Assembly (NCBI GenBank): GCA_973851085.1
Contig: OZ316775.1
Coordinates: forward strand, 16,988,001-17,052,000
DNA from: Ptychomitrium polyphyllum
Taxonomy: Eukaryota
Reading direction: 5' to 3'
DNA length: 64,000 bases
Part shown: positions 1 through 10,600 of the stretch, one piece after another
How positions within the stretch are numbered: the stretch's first letter is position 1
Layout of the letters: each line of letters opens with the position of its first letter
Position numbers and translations under genes: made by a program
Notes under the pieces: model-generated
Seen by the model: the letters and a program-made list of their open reading frames with translations, nothing else
Told to the model about the DNA's origin: nothing
Databases searched by the model: none

Positions 1-317
1 CACTAAGTTGGGGCGGTGTCTTTACGCCGGCACCATGATGGCTTGGGATGATTTTAGGATTGCATGGGGATCATGAGTGGTGGTGAGGAGACACTACTAA
101 GTGCAGTTAGGTTGTGTGGAATGGGAGTAACACCAAGTGAGGCCTTGGATACAAATGGAAGTGCGCATTTAACCATTGGCTACCAATCAGTTGGATGTCC
201 TAAGAAAAACGATAGAAAGACTTTGAGAGTGAGAATGGGAATTAACCATGTGCATGTGGAGGTGTACAAGGTTGATGCGCGTGACATTTGTTAAGGTGCT
301 TTATAAAGATTGCGACA
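1..317 (+). mobile_element. 3' end of a family-B LTR (truncated by window edge), inserted into a gypsy integrase remnant
   Basis: Aligns with the reverse complement of 9481-9800 and with 40440-41190. Ends ...GATTGCGACA (317) and is followed directly by integrase-like sequence. Confidence 0.8.
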
Positions 318-2000
318 TTGATGGTTCATTTCAGATATTGCCCCAAGATTTGGTTTACTCGCTTTGTTTGGCCGTTGGTTTGAGTATAAAAGGCAAAACA
401 AAGTTTGATGTCTACCTTAAGGATTTTAAAGAGCGACTTTTAAAATGTTGATATAAATTCTGGTTTACAATCCGATATAATATTGTTGGGTAATTTATGG
501 TAGCGGTAGACATTATTTATGAAGATTGTGGTAGTCTCTTCATCCGTAATTGTCTTCTTGTTAGATAAAAAATGTGCCATATTGGTCAATTAGTCTACCA
601 CAACAAAGATGGTTTCAAAAAATTAAAACGGACGACCACGGTTGCTTTCGAATAGGTAGTGGTTGGAGAAGTTTATATGTCACAGTGTCGAGGATTTTTT
701 GACCTAGAGCAAGTATTACATGAGAGTGCAAATTCTCTAATGGCCTCCACATTTGAAGCCACCAAAAATCTTGAGAAAAGAGCTCCAAGGTTTTGTTGAA
801 TCCAAAATGTTCAGTTGTAGAAAAGTCATGACGTGCTTGAAATACACAAAGGCGAATTGGTCCTTCAAGAATATATAGACGTTCTTCAAAGTAGACAAGG
901 TTGTCTTCTAATTTGAAGTTAGACACATCTTCAAGATGGTTATTGGAACGACACCTAATATCAAGAATAAGAGGGTCCTTAGTAGATGCCACACGCACTT
1001 AGTAAAGGAATGATAAATCCATCAGAATTGAAATGGTGGTTGTGCGTATACCAAACCGTTTGGGTTTCAATAAAGTTGCTTGTTATTGATTGTATGCTAC
1101 TTCTCTTTCCTTTGGCGCAAGATATGATCGCCTTGATAAAGCATTTGATAATTCTTGCTGTTTTACGAGTCGATATGTGATGCAAAAATCAAATCAAGAT
1201 AGAGACATACTCCAACAAAATGATGGCGATTCAAAACACGGGCTGACATGAAATATTCCAAGTCCTTCTGATCAGTATAAACAATCACTGGATGCACGGC
1301 ACCCTTAAGCTAGTGACGCCATTCTTGGAAATAATCCACAATTGCAAAGAATTCCTTGTCGTGGATCTTGTAGTTGATTTCTGCAGCTGAATTTTTTTTG
1401 GAATGAAATGCAATTGGATGGAGTCTTCCTTCTCCTCCCATTTGTGACAAAATAGCTCCTCGTGCAAAGTTAGAATCATTTGTCTCAAGATAAAGTTGCT
1501 TTGAAAATTCATGAATGGTAAAATTGGAGCTATGGTAAAAGCTTGCTTTAAACTTTTGAATGCATCCTCAGCACTGGATTTCCACTTAAGCTTTTCCATG
1601 CATGTTAGTCGCGTGAGTGATGTAACTATTTGAGAATCGTCTTTGATGAAGATCCCATAGAAGTTTACAAATCCAAGAAAATATTGGACGTCGTATATTA
1701 ATTTTGGCCTCGTTCAATTGCTAATTGCTTTGACCTTCTTTAAATCCATTAATAGTCCTTTATTAGAGATGATATAACCAAGGAATTCCACCTGAGGTTT
1801 GTGGAATATACTTTTCTCCACCTTGGCATACAAATTGGCATCTTGAGTTTTTGTAGGATTATGCAAACATATCCTTCATGATCCTCTAGATTCTTTAAAA
1901 AGATCAAGACATCATCCAAATAGCATACGACAAAATCATCAAAGCACTTCCAAAATATGTCATTCATCAAGTGTTGAAAAATGGCGAGTGCATTGGTAAG
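318..2000 (-). pseudogene. Degenerate Ty3/gypsy pol fragment (RT, RNase H, integrase) of a third family ('family C')
   Basis: Broken ORFs: 1749-1970 (YLDDVLIF, RT), 1285-1599 (AFKSLKQAFTIAPIL) and 615-998 (HFGFNKTLEL..WW, integrase Zn finger). Many stops and frameshifts. Confidence 0.85.
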
Positions 2001-2617
2001 TTCATAAATTCTTCATCAATAAAGCAAGCAAAGGCTTCTAAATCTACTAGAGCAATACTTTTGAGCTTCTAAACACCTAAACAAATAGGTAAAGCAAAAC
2101 AAGAGCAAAGATGGGCTGATAGGAACAGGACCTTTGTATTCTTGGAAAGGAAGCGGTTTCAACCGCATGGTCTCTATTAAGGCAAGATGTCCTTGTTTTC
2201 TTGCAAAATATTTGGCGTTGTGGTCAAACCTCTCATCTCATATGTACGTGGAAGTTTTTCTAGGCAGTTATCAATCTTGTGGCCAGATTTTTTACAATTG
2301 TCATGGTGACATTGGTAGCTATATAAAGCACAAGGTCTTTTTTAGCATCTAATTGATCAAGGTCACAATGCATGAAGAGTTTCAATTTCTAACACCTAGT
2401 GAAGCAAATGTCCTACCTCAAATTTTCTTTCTACGCAACCTTGAAAATCCCAAATGCTAAATATGTCATTACTTCTAACAAACTAATCTAAAGCATCTAA
2501 AACTTTAACAAAACCTTTTTGAAATATTGAGTACACTATATATAAATTTTGGTTCTCAGATCCTTGGTAGCTTCTAAGATTTATAACTTCAAAGTTTACA
2601 TTCTTCATTGCTATAGC

Positions 2618-3231
2618 TGTCAAGGACATAGATCATGCAACATAGTCCATAGAACATTCTAGAACCTTCTAGTATACTATGATAGTTTTTTAGAATACTT
2701 TTAGATTTCTCCATACTCCTTCCATGTTCTTAGGAAGGTTCCTAGGAAAGTTCCTCCACCTTACAAAACTTCCTACAAAGATTCCATCATCTTAAGTAAC
2801 TTCCTAAGAAACTTCCTAGGAAAGTTCCATCATCTTTGAAAACAACTTAGGAAGGTTTTACTTCTCTAGGAAACTTCCTAAGAAGGTTCCACTACCTTAG
2901 GAAACTTCCATGGAAGGTTCCAACTCCTTGGAAGACTCTTAGGAAGGTTCCAACATCTTGGGAAAATTCTTAGGAAGGTTCCTTAGACTTCCAGAACATT
3001 CTTGAACCATATAAGAAGCTTCTTTAGAAGTATCCTAGGAGATACAAACGTCATAATATAAATAGGAGGCAAGACAAGGTATTCCTTAGTCTTGCCAACA
3101 CAAGTTGTGTATCATCTTGAATCTTGCCTTGTTCTAGTCTTTGTATCAACTTCTTGTTAATCATTAGTTCTTTGGAAGCTAATTCTTGGAAAACTCTTTG
3201 TTTCTCCTTCTTGTTTCTTGTATCCCTAACA
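2618..3231 (+). repeat. 5' LTR of family-A element
   Basis: TGTCAAGGAC...CCCTAACA termini, internal ~31-bp tandem array, TATAAATA at 3057-3064. Confidence 0.92.
2651..2670 (+). promoter_or_regulatory. Canonical 4-unit heat-shock element in LTR U3 (second one at 2988-3007)
   Basis: aGAAc aTTCt aGAAc cTTCt matches alternating nGAAn/nTTCn. Also present at 8663-8682 and in the 61776-62346 LTR. Confidence 0.55.
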
Positions 3232-3233
3232 GT

Positions 3234-3245
3234 TTGGCGAGACTA
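3234..3245 (+). other. Primer-binding site complementary to the element's own R region (self-priming type)
   Basis: TTGGCGAGACTA lies 2 nt after the LTR and pairs with TAGTCTTGCCAA at 3087-3098 (one G-U). The match is 12/12 in the copies at 54052-54063 and 56521-56532. Confidence 0.75.
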
Positions 3246-3468
3246 CTCTTCATCTGTGTCAGAGCTAAGGTTCTTTGAAAAAAAATTGTGAATTACCCAT
3301 TTTCTTTAGGATTCTATAGCATCTCAGAAGTTGCGGATTATCCTCCTCTAAGCTAACACCATAGAGTTGGTTTCTCCTTCTACAACTAAGTATTACTTCT
3401 TTCAAAGGACGTGGATTTTCTTCCTCTGAAGGTACATCTAGTCTTTTTGTCTTTGAAAGTCTTAAGAA

Positions 3469-4488
3469 ATGGATAACGTGCCTGGAATATTAGAGAATAG
3501 GTTTGCAACTATTGCAGACCTTCAAGAAATATTAAACACAGTTTGAACAAAAATTGTCCGTTTTAATACCACCAATAATTTGGAACAATATACTCGGCAA
3601 ACTAAAAAATCCAATGGTGATATTCAAAGCCTATATCGAAAGGTTGTTCAATTGCAAGAGGCCAATATTAGAAGGGGGGCTTATATCGAATCCATGGAAA
3701 GCCTAAGATTAGCACGCTAGAAAAATTCGATGGATCAAGATCAAAATTGAGAAGCTTTGCTCAACAAGTAAGGCTCTCCCTTAGTTTGCATCAATCTCCC
3801 TATCCTAATGGCACAACTTAAGTGGGATTTGTGGCCACTATTTTTATCCAACAATGTATTATTGTGGTTTGCACTCCTAATGGAGAAGTAGTCACCATTA
3901 TTGAACAACTTAGATGCTTTTACAAAAGCATTGACATCTACTTTTGGAGACACCGACCAAGAGAGGGTGGTTGAGACAAGGATCCAGAGTCTCCAACAAG
4001 GATAGTGCTCAGTTGCTACATATGTTGCAAAATTTCAACAATTAGCTTGCGACCTTGATTGGAATGATAAAGCCTTGGTCACAAGATTTCGATAGGGCTT
4101 AAGAGAGAATGTCAAGGATTTGCTACTCACAATGCCAAGAGTTGAAACATTGGACGAATTCATCGCTCAGGCAATAGCATGTGACAACAGACTATTTGAG
4201 AGGCGCCAAGAACAACGCTTGGAATGGCGACCAGTACATCAAAGCATGGGTACCACTTCTTCAAAAGTATCCGAAAGTCAACCGCAAAGACCAGAACCTA
4301 TGCAAATTAATGCTGCCCAATTCCGACGCTTGACTCTAGAAGAAAAAGAAAGGCGTCAAAGAGAAAACCTCTGCTTGTATTGTGGCAAGTCTGGACATAA
4401 AGTGCGCGACTGCCAAATCAAAGGATCTGCTTTTAAGGCTCAAAGCACAATGGTGGAGTTGAAAAACGTGGTTGTCCACTCACAGTAG
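3469..4488 (+). pseudogene. gag: gag (family A), disrupted
   Basis: Collinear with the open 339-aa gag at 52804-53823. C-terminal PEPMQI motif and [14 protein letters not shown] zinc knuckle. Stops and frameshifts in the 5' part. Confidence 0.9.
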
Positions 4489-4493
4489 GGACC

Positions 4494-7400
4494 ATGCGAT
4501 TGGACACTACAAGGAAACCACCATCAAATCAAGGTCTCTTACTACCTTCAAACCCTACCTCTTGTTTTACATTTCCTATCAAAATTAAATTGTTAGATGA
4601 TGAAATAATTAGCGAGGCTCTCTTAGACACTGGTGCAACGGCATGTTTTATGGACAAGGATTTTGCAACCAAACATCACATGGTGCTTGTGAAGAAAAAA
4701 AACATCCTGCACCTGTTGAAGTTATTGATGGACGATCTCTTGCGTTTGGCAACGTTATTGAAGAAACTCAACCATTGGAGGTTATTTTAGGAGACCAGGC
4801 ATCTAAGATTGTCTTCAACATCATTCAATGACGAACGAATTCCATTGTTTTGGGCCTTCCTTGGTTTGAATTACATAATCCAGACATTGACTGGCGCTCA
4901 CGGAGTGTGGTCTCAAGGAAAAGACGCCAAGGTACGAGAAATCTTGGACCATTGTTTATTGGAGCTAAGGCATTTATGAAAGCGGCGAAGGATGAACCAA
5001 TCTATGCCATTTATACCATGCCAATGTCTAGCTCTACATTAGAGATTAATAAAAACATACCTCGTCAATATCAAGATTATAAAGACGTTTTTGAAAAGAA
5101 GAATGCAGACATGTTACTAAAGCACCGGCCATACAATTGTACCATTGAGTTGCAAGAAGGAGCCCAACCATCTTTTGGACCTATTTATAACTTATCACAA
5201 ACTGAGTTGGCTGCCTTGAGAGAATATATTGATGAAAACCTTGGAAAAGGTTTCATTCAACATTCTAAATCACCTGCTAGAGCACCCATTCTATTTGTAA
5301 AGAAGAAAGATGGATCATTACGTATGTGCGTGGACTATCGAGGCCTCAACAAAATAACAAAAAAGAATCGCTATCCATTACCATTAATCTCAGGACTCCT
5401 ACAACAACTTGGCCAAGCAAAGATATTCACCAAAATTGATCTTAGAGGAGCCTACAATCTTGTACGCATCAAAGAAGGAGACGAATGGAAGACAGCTTTT
5501 CGATCTAGGTATGGTCATTTTGAATACAATGTCATGCCTTTTGGCCTTACTAATGCTCCCGCAGTCTTTCAACATATGATGAATGATATCTTCCATGAAT
5601 ATCTAGATGATTTTGTAGTCATCTACTTAGATGATATTTTGATATATTCAAAGGATGAACAAGACCACGAATGTCATGTGCAAATGGTCTTAGAAAAACT
5701 ACGCCAGCGAGGATTATATGCCAAATTGGAGAAGTGCCTTTTCCATGAATCATCGGTTGAATTTTTAGGCTACATCATTTCCAAAGGAGGAATTCATATG
5801 TATAAGAAAAAAATAAGCACTGTCATAGAGTAGAGTACGCCAAAATCCATTTGAGATGTTCAAAACTTCTTGGGATTTGCAAACTTCTACAAGATATTCA
5901 TCAAGAATTTTTCTAGGATTGCGGCATCATTAACACGTCTTACAAGGAAGCAAAAATTCATTTGGAATGAAGAGGTAGAAAAAACATTTCAAAGTCTTAA
6001 GAAGTCATTCACATCAGCTTTAGTTCTTATTCATCCAAATCCATCAAAGCCTTTTTATTTGGAAGCGGATGCCTCAGATTTTGCGCTTGGCTCAGTACTC
6101 TCACAATATGATGAAGACGGGAGACTTCACCCTCTTGCCTTTCGTTCAAGGAAGTTCTCAGCAGCAGAGATCAACTATGATATACATGATAAAGAACTAC
6201 TTGCAATTGTGGATGCGTTTGAAGAATGGCGACACTTATTGGAAGGAGCTCAACATACCATCACGATATACACAGACCACAAGAACTTGGAGTATTTCAT
6301 GAGTGCGCGCGTTTTGAATTGCCTTCAAGCAAGGTGGAGTATGTTGCTTTCCAGATTTGACTTTGTCATTATCTATCGATCTGGTAGCTTGCAGGGTAAG
6401 CCAGATGCCTTATCTCGAAGATCTTATTTAGCTCCTCAACCTGGAGATGATGTTTTGAATCAACAAAGGACTATTTTATTGAAGCCTGAGAATCTTCATT
6501 TGAAAGCAGCCATTATTACGACAACATCCCATTTTGACGAAATTCGGAAGGCTTTAAAGAATGACGTTTTTGCTTCAAATATAAAGAAGCGCCTCGAAGA
6601 CAATGGAAATCCTTCAAATAGCGATGAGGATTTTGAACTCCAAGAGGGCCTACGTTATTATAAAGGACTTTTGTACCTACCTCCAGGTCCTTTGCGGTTG
6701 AAGATCCTTCAAGCATGTCATAATTTTCCAGTAGCAGGACATTTTGAATTTAATAAAACAATGGAATTGATTGCTGGCTACTATTGGTGGCCACAAATGT
6801 GGAAGTACGTAAAGGACTTTATTCGATCATGCGACACTTGTGCAAGAGCCAAGGTACCAAGGCACCAACCTCATGGTCTCCTCCATCCGCTTCCAGTGTC
6901 AAGGGGCCCATGGTTATCTTTATCAATGGATTTTATCACGGACCTTCCAAATTCCGAATGTAAGGATTCTATTTTGGTAGTGGTGGATCGATTTACAAAA
7001 ATGGCACATTTCATTCCATGCAATAAGACGGTAACGGGAGAAGAAACTGCCAAGTTGTTCCTAAATCACGTCTACCGCATATATGGACTACCAGATGATA
7101 TTGTATCTGATCGAGGGCCGCAGTTCATTTCCTACTTTTTAGGGGCTTTATTCCAGCTGTTGCGTGTAAAGATCAATCTTTTTTCAATACACCATCCACA
7201 AACTGATGGCCAAACCGAACGTGTGAATCAAATTTTGAAGCAGTTTCTTCGTTGTAGCATAAACTACTAATAAAGCAACTGGATGGACCTCTTGCCTTTG
7301 GCAGAATTTGCTTACAACAATACGGTGCACTCTTCAAAACCTCAAAGTCCATTCTTTGCAAACTATGGCCATCATCCTTGAACAGATCCATTTCAAGTGA

Positions 7401-7975
7401 AGCATGTTGGAAGTCCCGCAGCAGAGGATTTTGCAGTTCAACTTGCTAAAATCCATCAAGAAATTACCTTCCAGTTACAACAAGCTCAAGATCGTTACAA
7501 AACTTATGCAGATCGCCATCGGAAGGACCATCCAAAGTTCAAGATTGGACATAGCATATGGCTCCTACGACAAAATATACAAACAAAAAGACCATCAAAG
7601 AAGTTGGACTATCAAAGGCTTTGATCGTTTGAAATCAGCAAACAAATAAATCCGGTTTGTTATCGCCTAAAGCTACCACCAAGCATGCAAATTCATCCAG
7701 TATTCTACGTATTGTTGTTGGAAACCTATAACAAATCATGTATACCAGAGAGAATTATTCCTCCGCCTCCTCCGCTGGAAATCAATAATGAAATTGAATA
7801 TGAAGTAGAAGAGATCTTAGATTCACGCATCAAGAACGGACGTGTGGAGTACCTTATACATTGGCAAGGATATGGCATCAATGACCGAACATGGGAACCT
7901 TCAACGAATGTAACAAACGCATCCGAGAAGGTACTTGAATTTCATCAAAGATATCCTCAGAAACCAGGTCAGTGA
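4494..7975 (+). pseudogene. pol: pol (protease-RT-RNase H-integrase-chromodomain), disrupted
   Basis: LLDTGA protease, [21 protein letters not shown]ase H, MDFITDLP/SDRGPQF integrase, [23 protein letters not shown] chromodomain. Internal stops (e.g. 5831-5833) and an A-run frameshift near 4695. Confidence 0.93.
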
Positions 7976-8574
7976 TGATGTGTCATCAGCAGCCGTTAGC
8001 TTCACAGAGAAGTTTTTCCTTCGTAGACAAGTATAAGAAGGGAGGAGAGATATGCAGACCTCCAATTGTATGCAGCGTTATTTCCAAGATAGATCATTTT
8101 GAGATCCTAGCCAGTATGTCAAATCTTCGTATTATCATGGATATGCGTGATGAGCAGTTCGCCATGCCTTCATCAACAACAGCATCTGTTGAGCCAACTC
8201 AGCTTTCTCAGCCCTCGGTAACGGAGGATCTAAGTCACGATATGAGAAGGACATTCCAACGTCGAGTACGACCTCGTGCAGAAGTATTGACTAGTCGCCC
8301 TTCACATTCCAATCTTGATTCAGATGCTCGCGCTCTAGTCATCTTGTTAGAAGTTGGAAGAGTCACTTCTGGAGGACCCGAAATCTTGTTTGGAGGATGT
8401 TTCGAAGGACTTAATCAAGATCAGATCTTGGGATGGGACATTTCTACAACAGAAGTCTTGGCTGGTGGCCATCGGCGTTTCTTGCAAGGACGAGTTGAGC
8501 CAGTGAACAGAGAACAACAAGCAGAGTATGTTGCTTCATTCCTTCGACAAATTTTGGAATTTGTAGAAATGTGA
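7975..8574 (+). CDS. Additional ORF ('ORF3', 199 aa, unknown function) between pol and 3' LTR
   Basis: Open 600-nt frame. Its ATG overlaps the pol stop (TGATGATG). Homologous copies at 61121-61720 (600 nt) and 48734-49334 (601 nt) show several synonymous differences. Confidence 0.6.
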   Translation: MMCHQQPLASQRSFSFVDKYKKGGEICRPPIVCSVISKIDHFEILASMSNLRIIMDMRDEQFAMPSSTTASVEPTQLSQPSVTEDLSHDMRRTFQRRVRPRAEVLTSRPSHSNLDSDARALVILLEVGRVTSGGPEILFGGCFEGLNQDQILGWDISTTEVLAGGHRRFLQGRVEPVNREQQAEYVASFLRQILEFVEM

Positions 8575-8629
8575 CAAGCAAGCCAAGACAACAACTCCTC
8601 ATGGGACTCGTCGCTAAAAGGGGAGGTGA

Positions 8630-9201
8630 TGTCACGGACATAAATCATGCAATATAGTTCTTAGAACATTCTAGAATCTTCTAGTATACTAGAATAGTTT
8701 CTTAGAATACTTTTAGATGTCTCCATAGTATTTTTTATGTTTTTAGGAAGCTTCCCAGGAAAGTTCTTCGACCTTAGGAGACTTCCTAGGAAGGTTCTAT
8801 CATCTTAGGTTACTTCCTAGGAAGGTTCTATCACCTTAGGAAACTTCCTAGGAAGGTTCTACCTCTTCAGGAAACTTCCTAAGAAGGTTCCAATTCCTTA
8901 GAAGCTACTTAGGAAGGTTCCAACATCTTAGAAAACTTCTTGGGAAGATTCCTTAAACTTCCAGAACATTCTTAAGCCTTGTAGGAAGCTTCTTTAGAAG
9001 TTTCATAGGAGATACAAATGTCTTAGTATAAATAGGAGGCAAGACAAGGTATTCCTTAGTCTTGCCAACACAGGTTGTGGATCATCTTGAATCCTACCTT
9101 GTTCTAGTCTTTGTATCAACTTCTTGTTAATCATTAGCTCTTTGGAAGCTAATTCTTGGGAAACACTGCGTTTCTGTTTCTTGTTTCTTGTGTCCCTAAC
9201 A
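8630..9201 (+). repeat. 3' LTR of family-A element
   Basis: TGTCACGGAC...CCCTAACA, preceded by a polypurine tract. Confidence 0.92.
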
Positions 9202-9480
9202 CCGAGTTCCCCGATGAAAAGGTGAATACCAAAGCTTGTCATACTTGTATTGTGGATCACATTTCAGAAGGTGGATTCATAGCCAAGGCTAGTAGCTTTA
9301 AGGCAAGGTCGAGTCTCTTACACCTTGGGGCCCAAATAAATGGCAAAAATTTCTCATGTTTTATTGACACACCAGCAACGCACTCCTTCATGAGTTCCAA
9401 ACTAGCAAGGGAGCTGGGCTTGTCGGCTCAAAAAGCTAGCAAACTTATCAACGGGCGATTTGCAAAAGGAAAATTATACG
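9202..9480 (+). pseudogene. Fragment of family-B gag/protease (remnant of an older target element)
   Basis: KACHTCIVDHISEGGFIAKASS...CFIDT peptide matches 14678-14915 on the opposite strand. Confidence 0.85.
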
Positions 9481-10600
9481 TGTCGCAACCGTTGTAATGC
9501 ACCTTAAAAAGTGTCACGTGCATTAACCATGTACACCTCCACATGCACAAGATTAACTCCCATTCTCGGTTTTCAAGTCTTTCTATCATTTCTCTTAGGA
9601 CATCCAATTGATTGGTAAGAAATACTTAGGTACGAACATCCATTCATGTCCAAGGCCTCATTTGGTGTTACTCTCATTTTACAAGACCTAACCACACTTA
9701 GTGGTATCTCCTCACCACCACTCATGATCCCCATGTGATCCTAAGATCATCCTGGGCCAGCATGGAGCCGACGTAAAGACACCACCCCAACGTAGAGTAA
9801 TAAGCGTGCCCTCTTGATCTCACTAGTTTCCTTTGTGAAATCGGCTGTTCACCGGCTTACAATGGTGTGAAAGTCCCCATAATGAAGCCCCAACACTAGT
9901 TCCACCATCCAAAATTCACTCTTGATTCCTACCGAGACATTAGGGGAGTGGACAGGGGGACCAAGTCTCCCCTATAGTACTCTCTGTGGAATTCAGTAGG
10001 CCCCCTGGCCCTCTGTAGTTGGCTGAACCCCAACACACCTAAAGTTTTGGAAAACCACCCGATCTCCCTTGGGACTTAGCCGCTAGAAGCCTCCGAAACT
10101 ACCAACGGACATTCACGAAGCCATATCTTTCTCGTTCAGTACTTGAATATATCGAGCGACCAATCTAATGTCATTTATTCTTCACGTAGATGCCGATAGA
10201 GTCCTCAAACGGCCAATTTGAGTTGGTATTGTGGAAATTACACCTCTTCCAAGGTTCGGGGCTCCCAGGGAGTCACTCCCTAGACTGTCCCAGTCTAGAA
10301 CAGTCATTGTATAGGGCTACCACAGTCCAGAACAGGCCCTTGGCAACACCAACTTTGGAATGACGTAACTTTTAGCTTCCTTGTCTGATTTGAGCAATCT
10401 TTAGCATTCTAGAATCAACTTTTTGTGAATCTTCCAATGTCTATGATAAATCCCTCGTGGCCCTCGGTCTACATGGGCAACGATGTTTTTTTCTTTAGGG
10501 GTCCCTCCCTTGCTAAGCCCACTTGGATTCCCTTATTATCGGCCCCACAAGTCCAGAACGTCACTTCGAAGTTCCCTTTCTGCCCTTAATGTTGCGGACA
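9481..10600 (-). repeat. 3' LTR of family-B element (~1120 bp)
   Basis: Minus-strand termini TGTCCGCAAC...GTTGCGACA form a short inverted repeat. Both ends coincide with the ends of the TSD-flanked solo LTR at 39633-41190. Confidence 0.8.

Larger units (their letters stand above)
2618..9201 (+). mobile_element. Full-length-structure Ty3/gypsy chromovirus, family A (Tcn1/RLG1-like), defective and probably recombinant
   Basis: Order is LTR 2618-3231, PBS-like site, gag, PR-RT-RH-INT-chromodomain, extra ORF, PPT AAAAGGGGAGG 8616-8626, LTR 8630-9201. Flanks ATAGC and CCGAG do not form a TSD. Confidence 0.93.

Noticed and set aside
2740..2990. ~31-bp LTR repeats as a CRISPR-like array
   Set aside because: They are head-to-tail degenerate units without unique spacers, inside eukaryotic LTRs.
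4690..4705. A-run in the protease as a programmed frameshift
   Set aside because: Run length varies (8, 7 and 6 A in different copies) and the 6-A copy at 62634-62873 is in frame, so these are homopolymer lesions.
5831..5833. Shared TAG in RT as programmed readthrough
   Set aside because: It replaces a conserved Trp that is intact in the older copy, and a second stop follows seven codons later.
9003..9260. Recurring antisense LTR ORF (MINKKLIQRLEQGRIQDD...)
   Set aside because: It recurs only because the LTR is repeated; its start and stop differ between copies.
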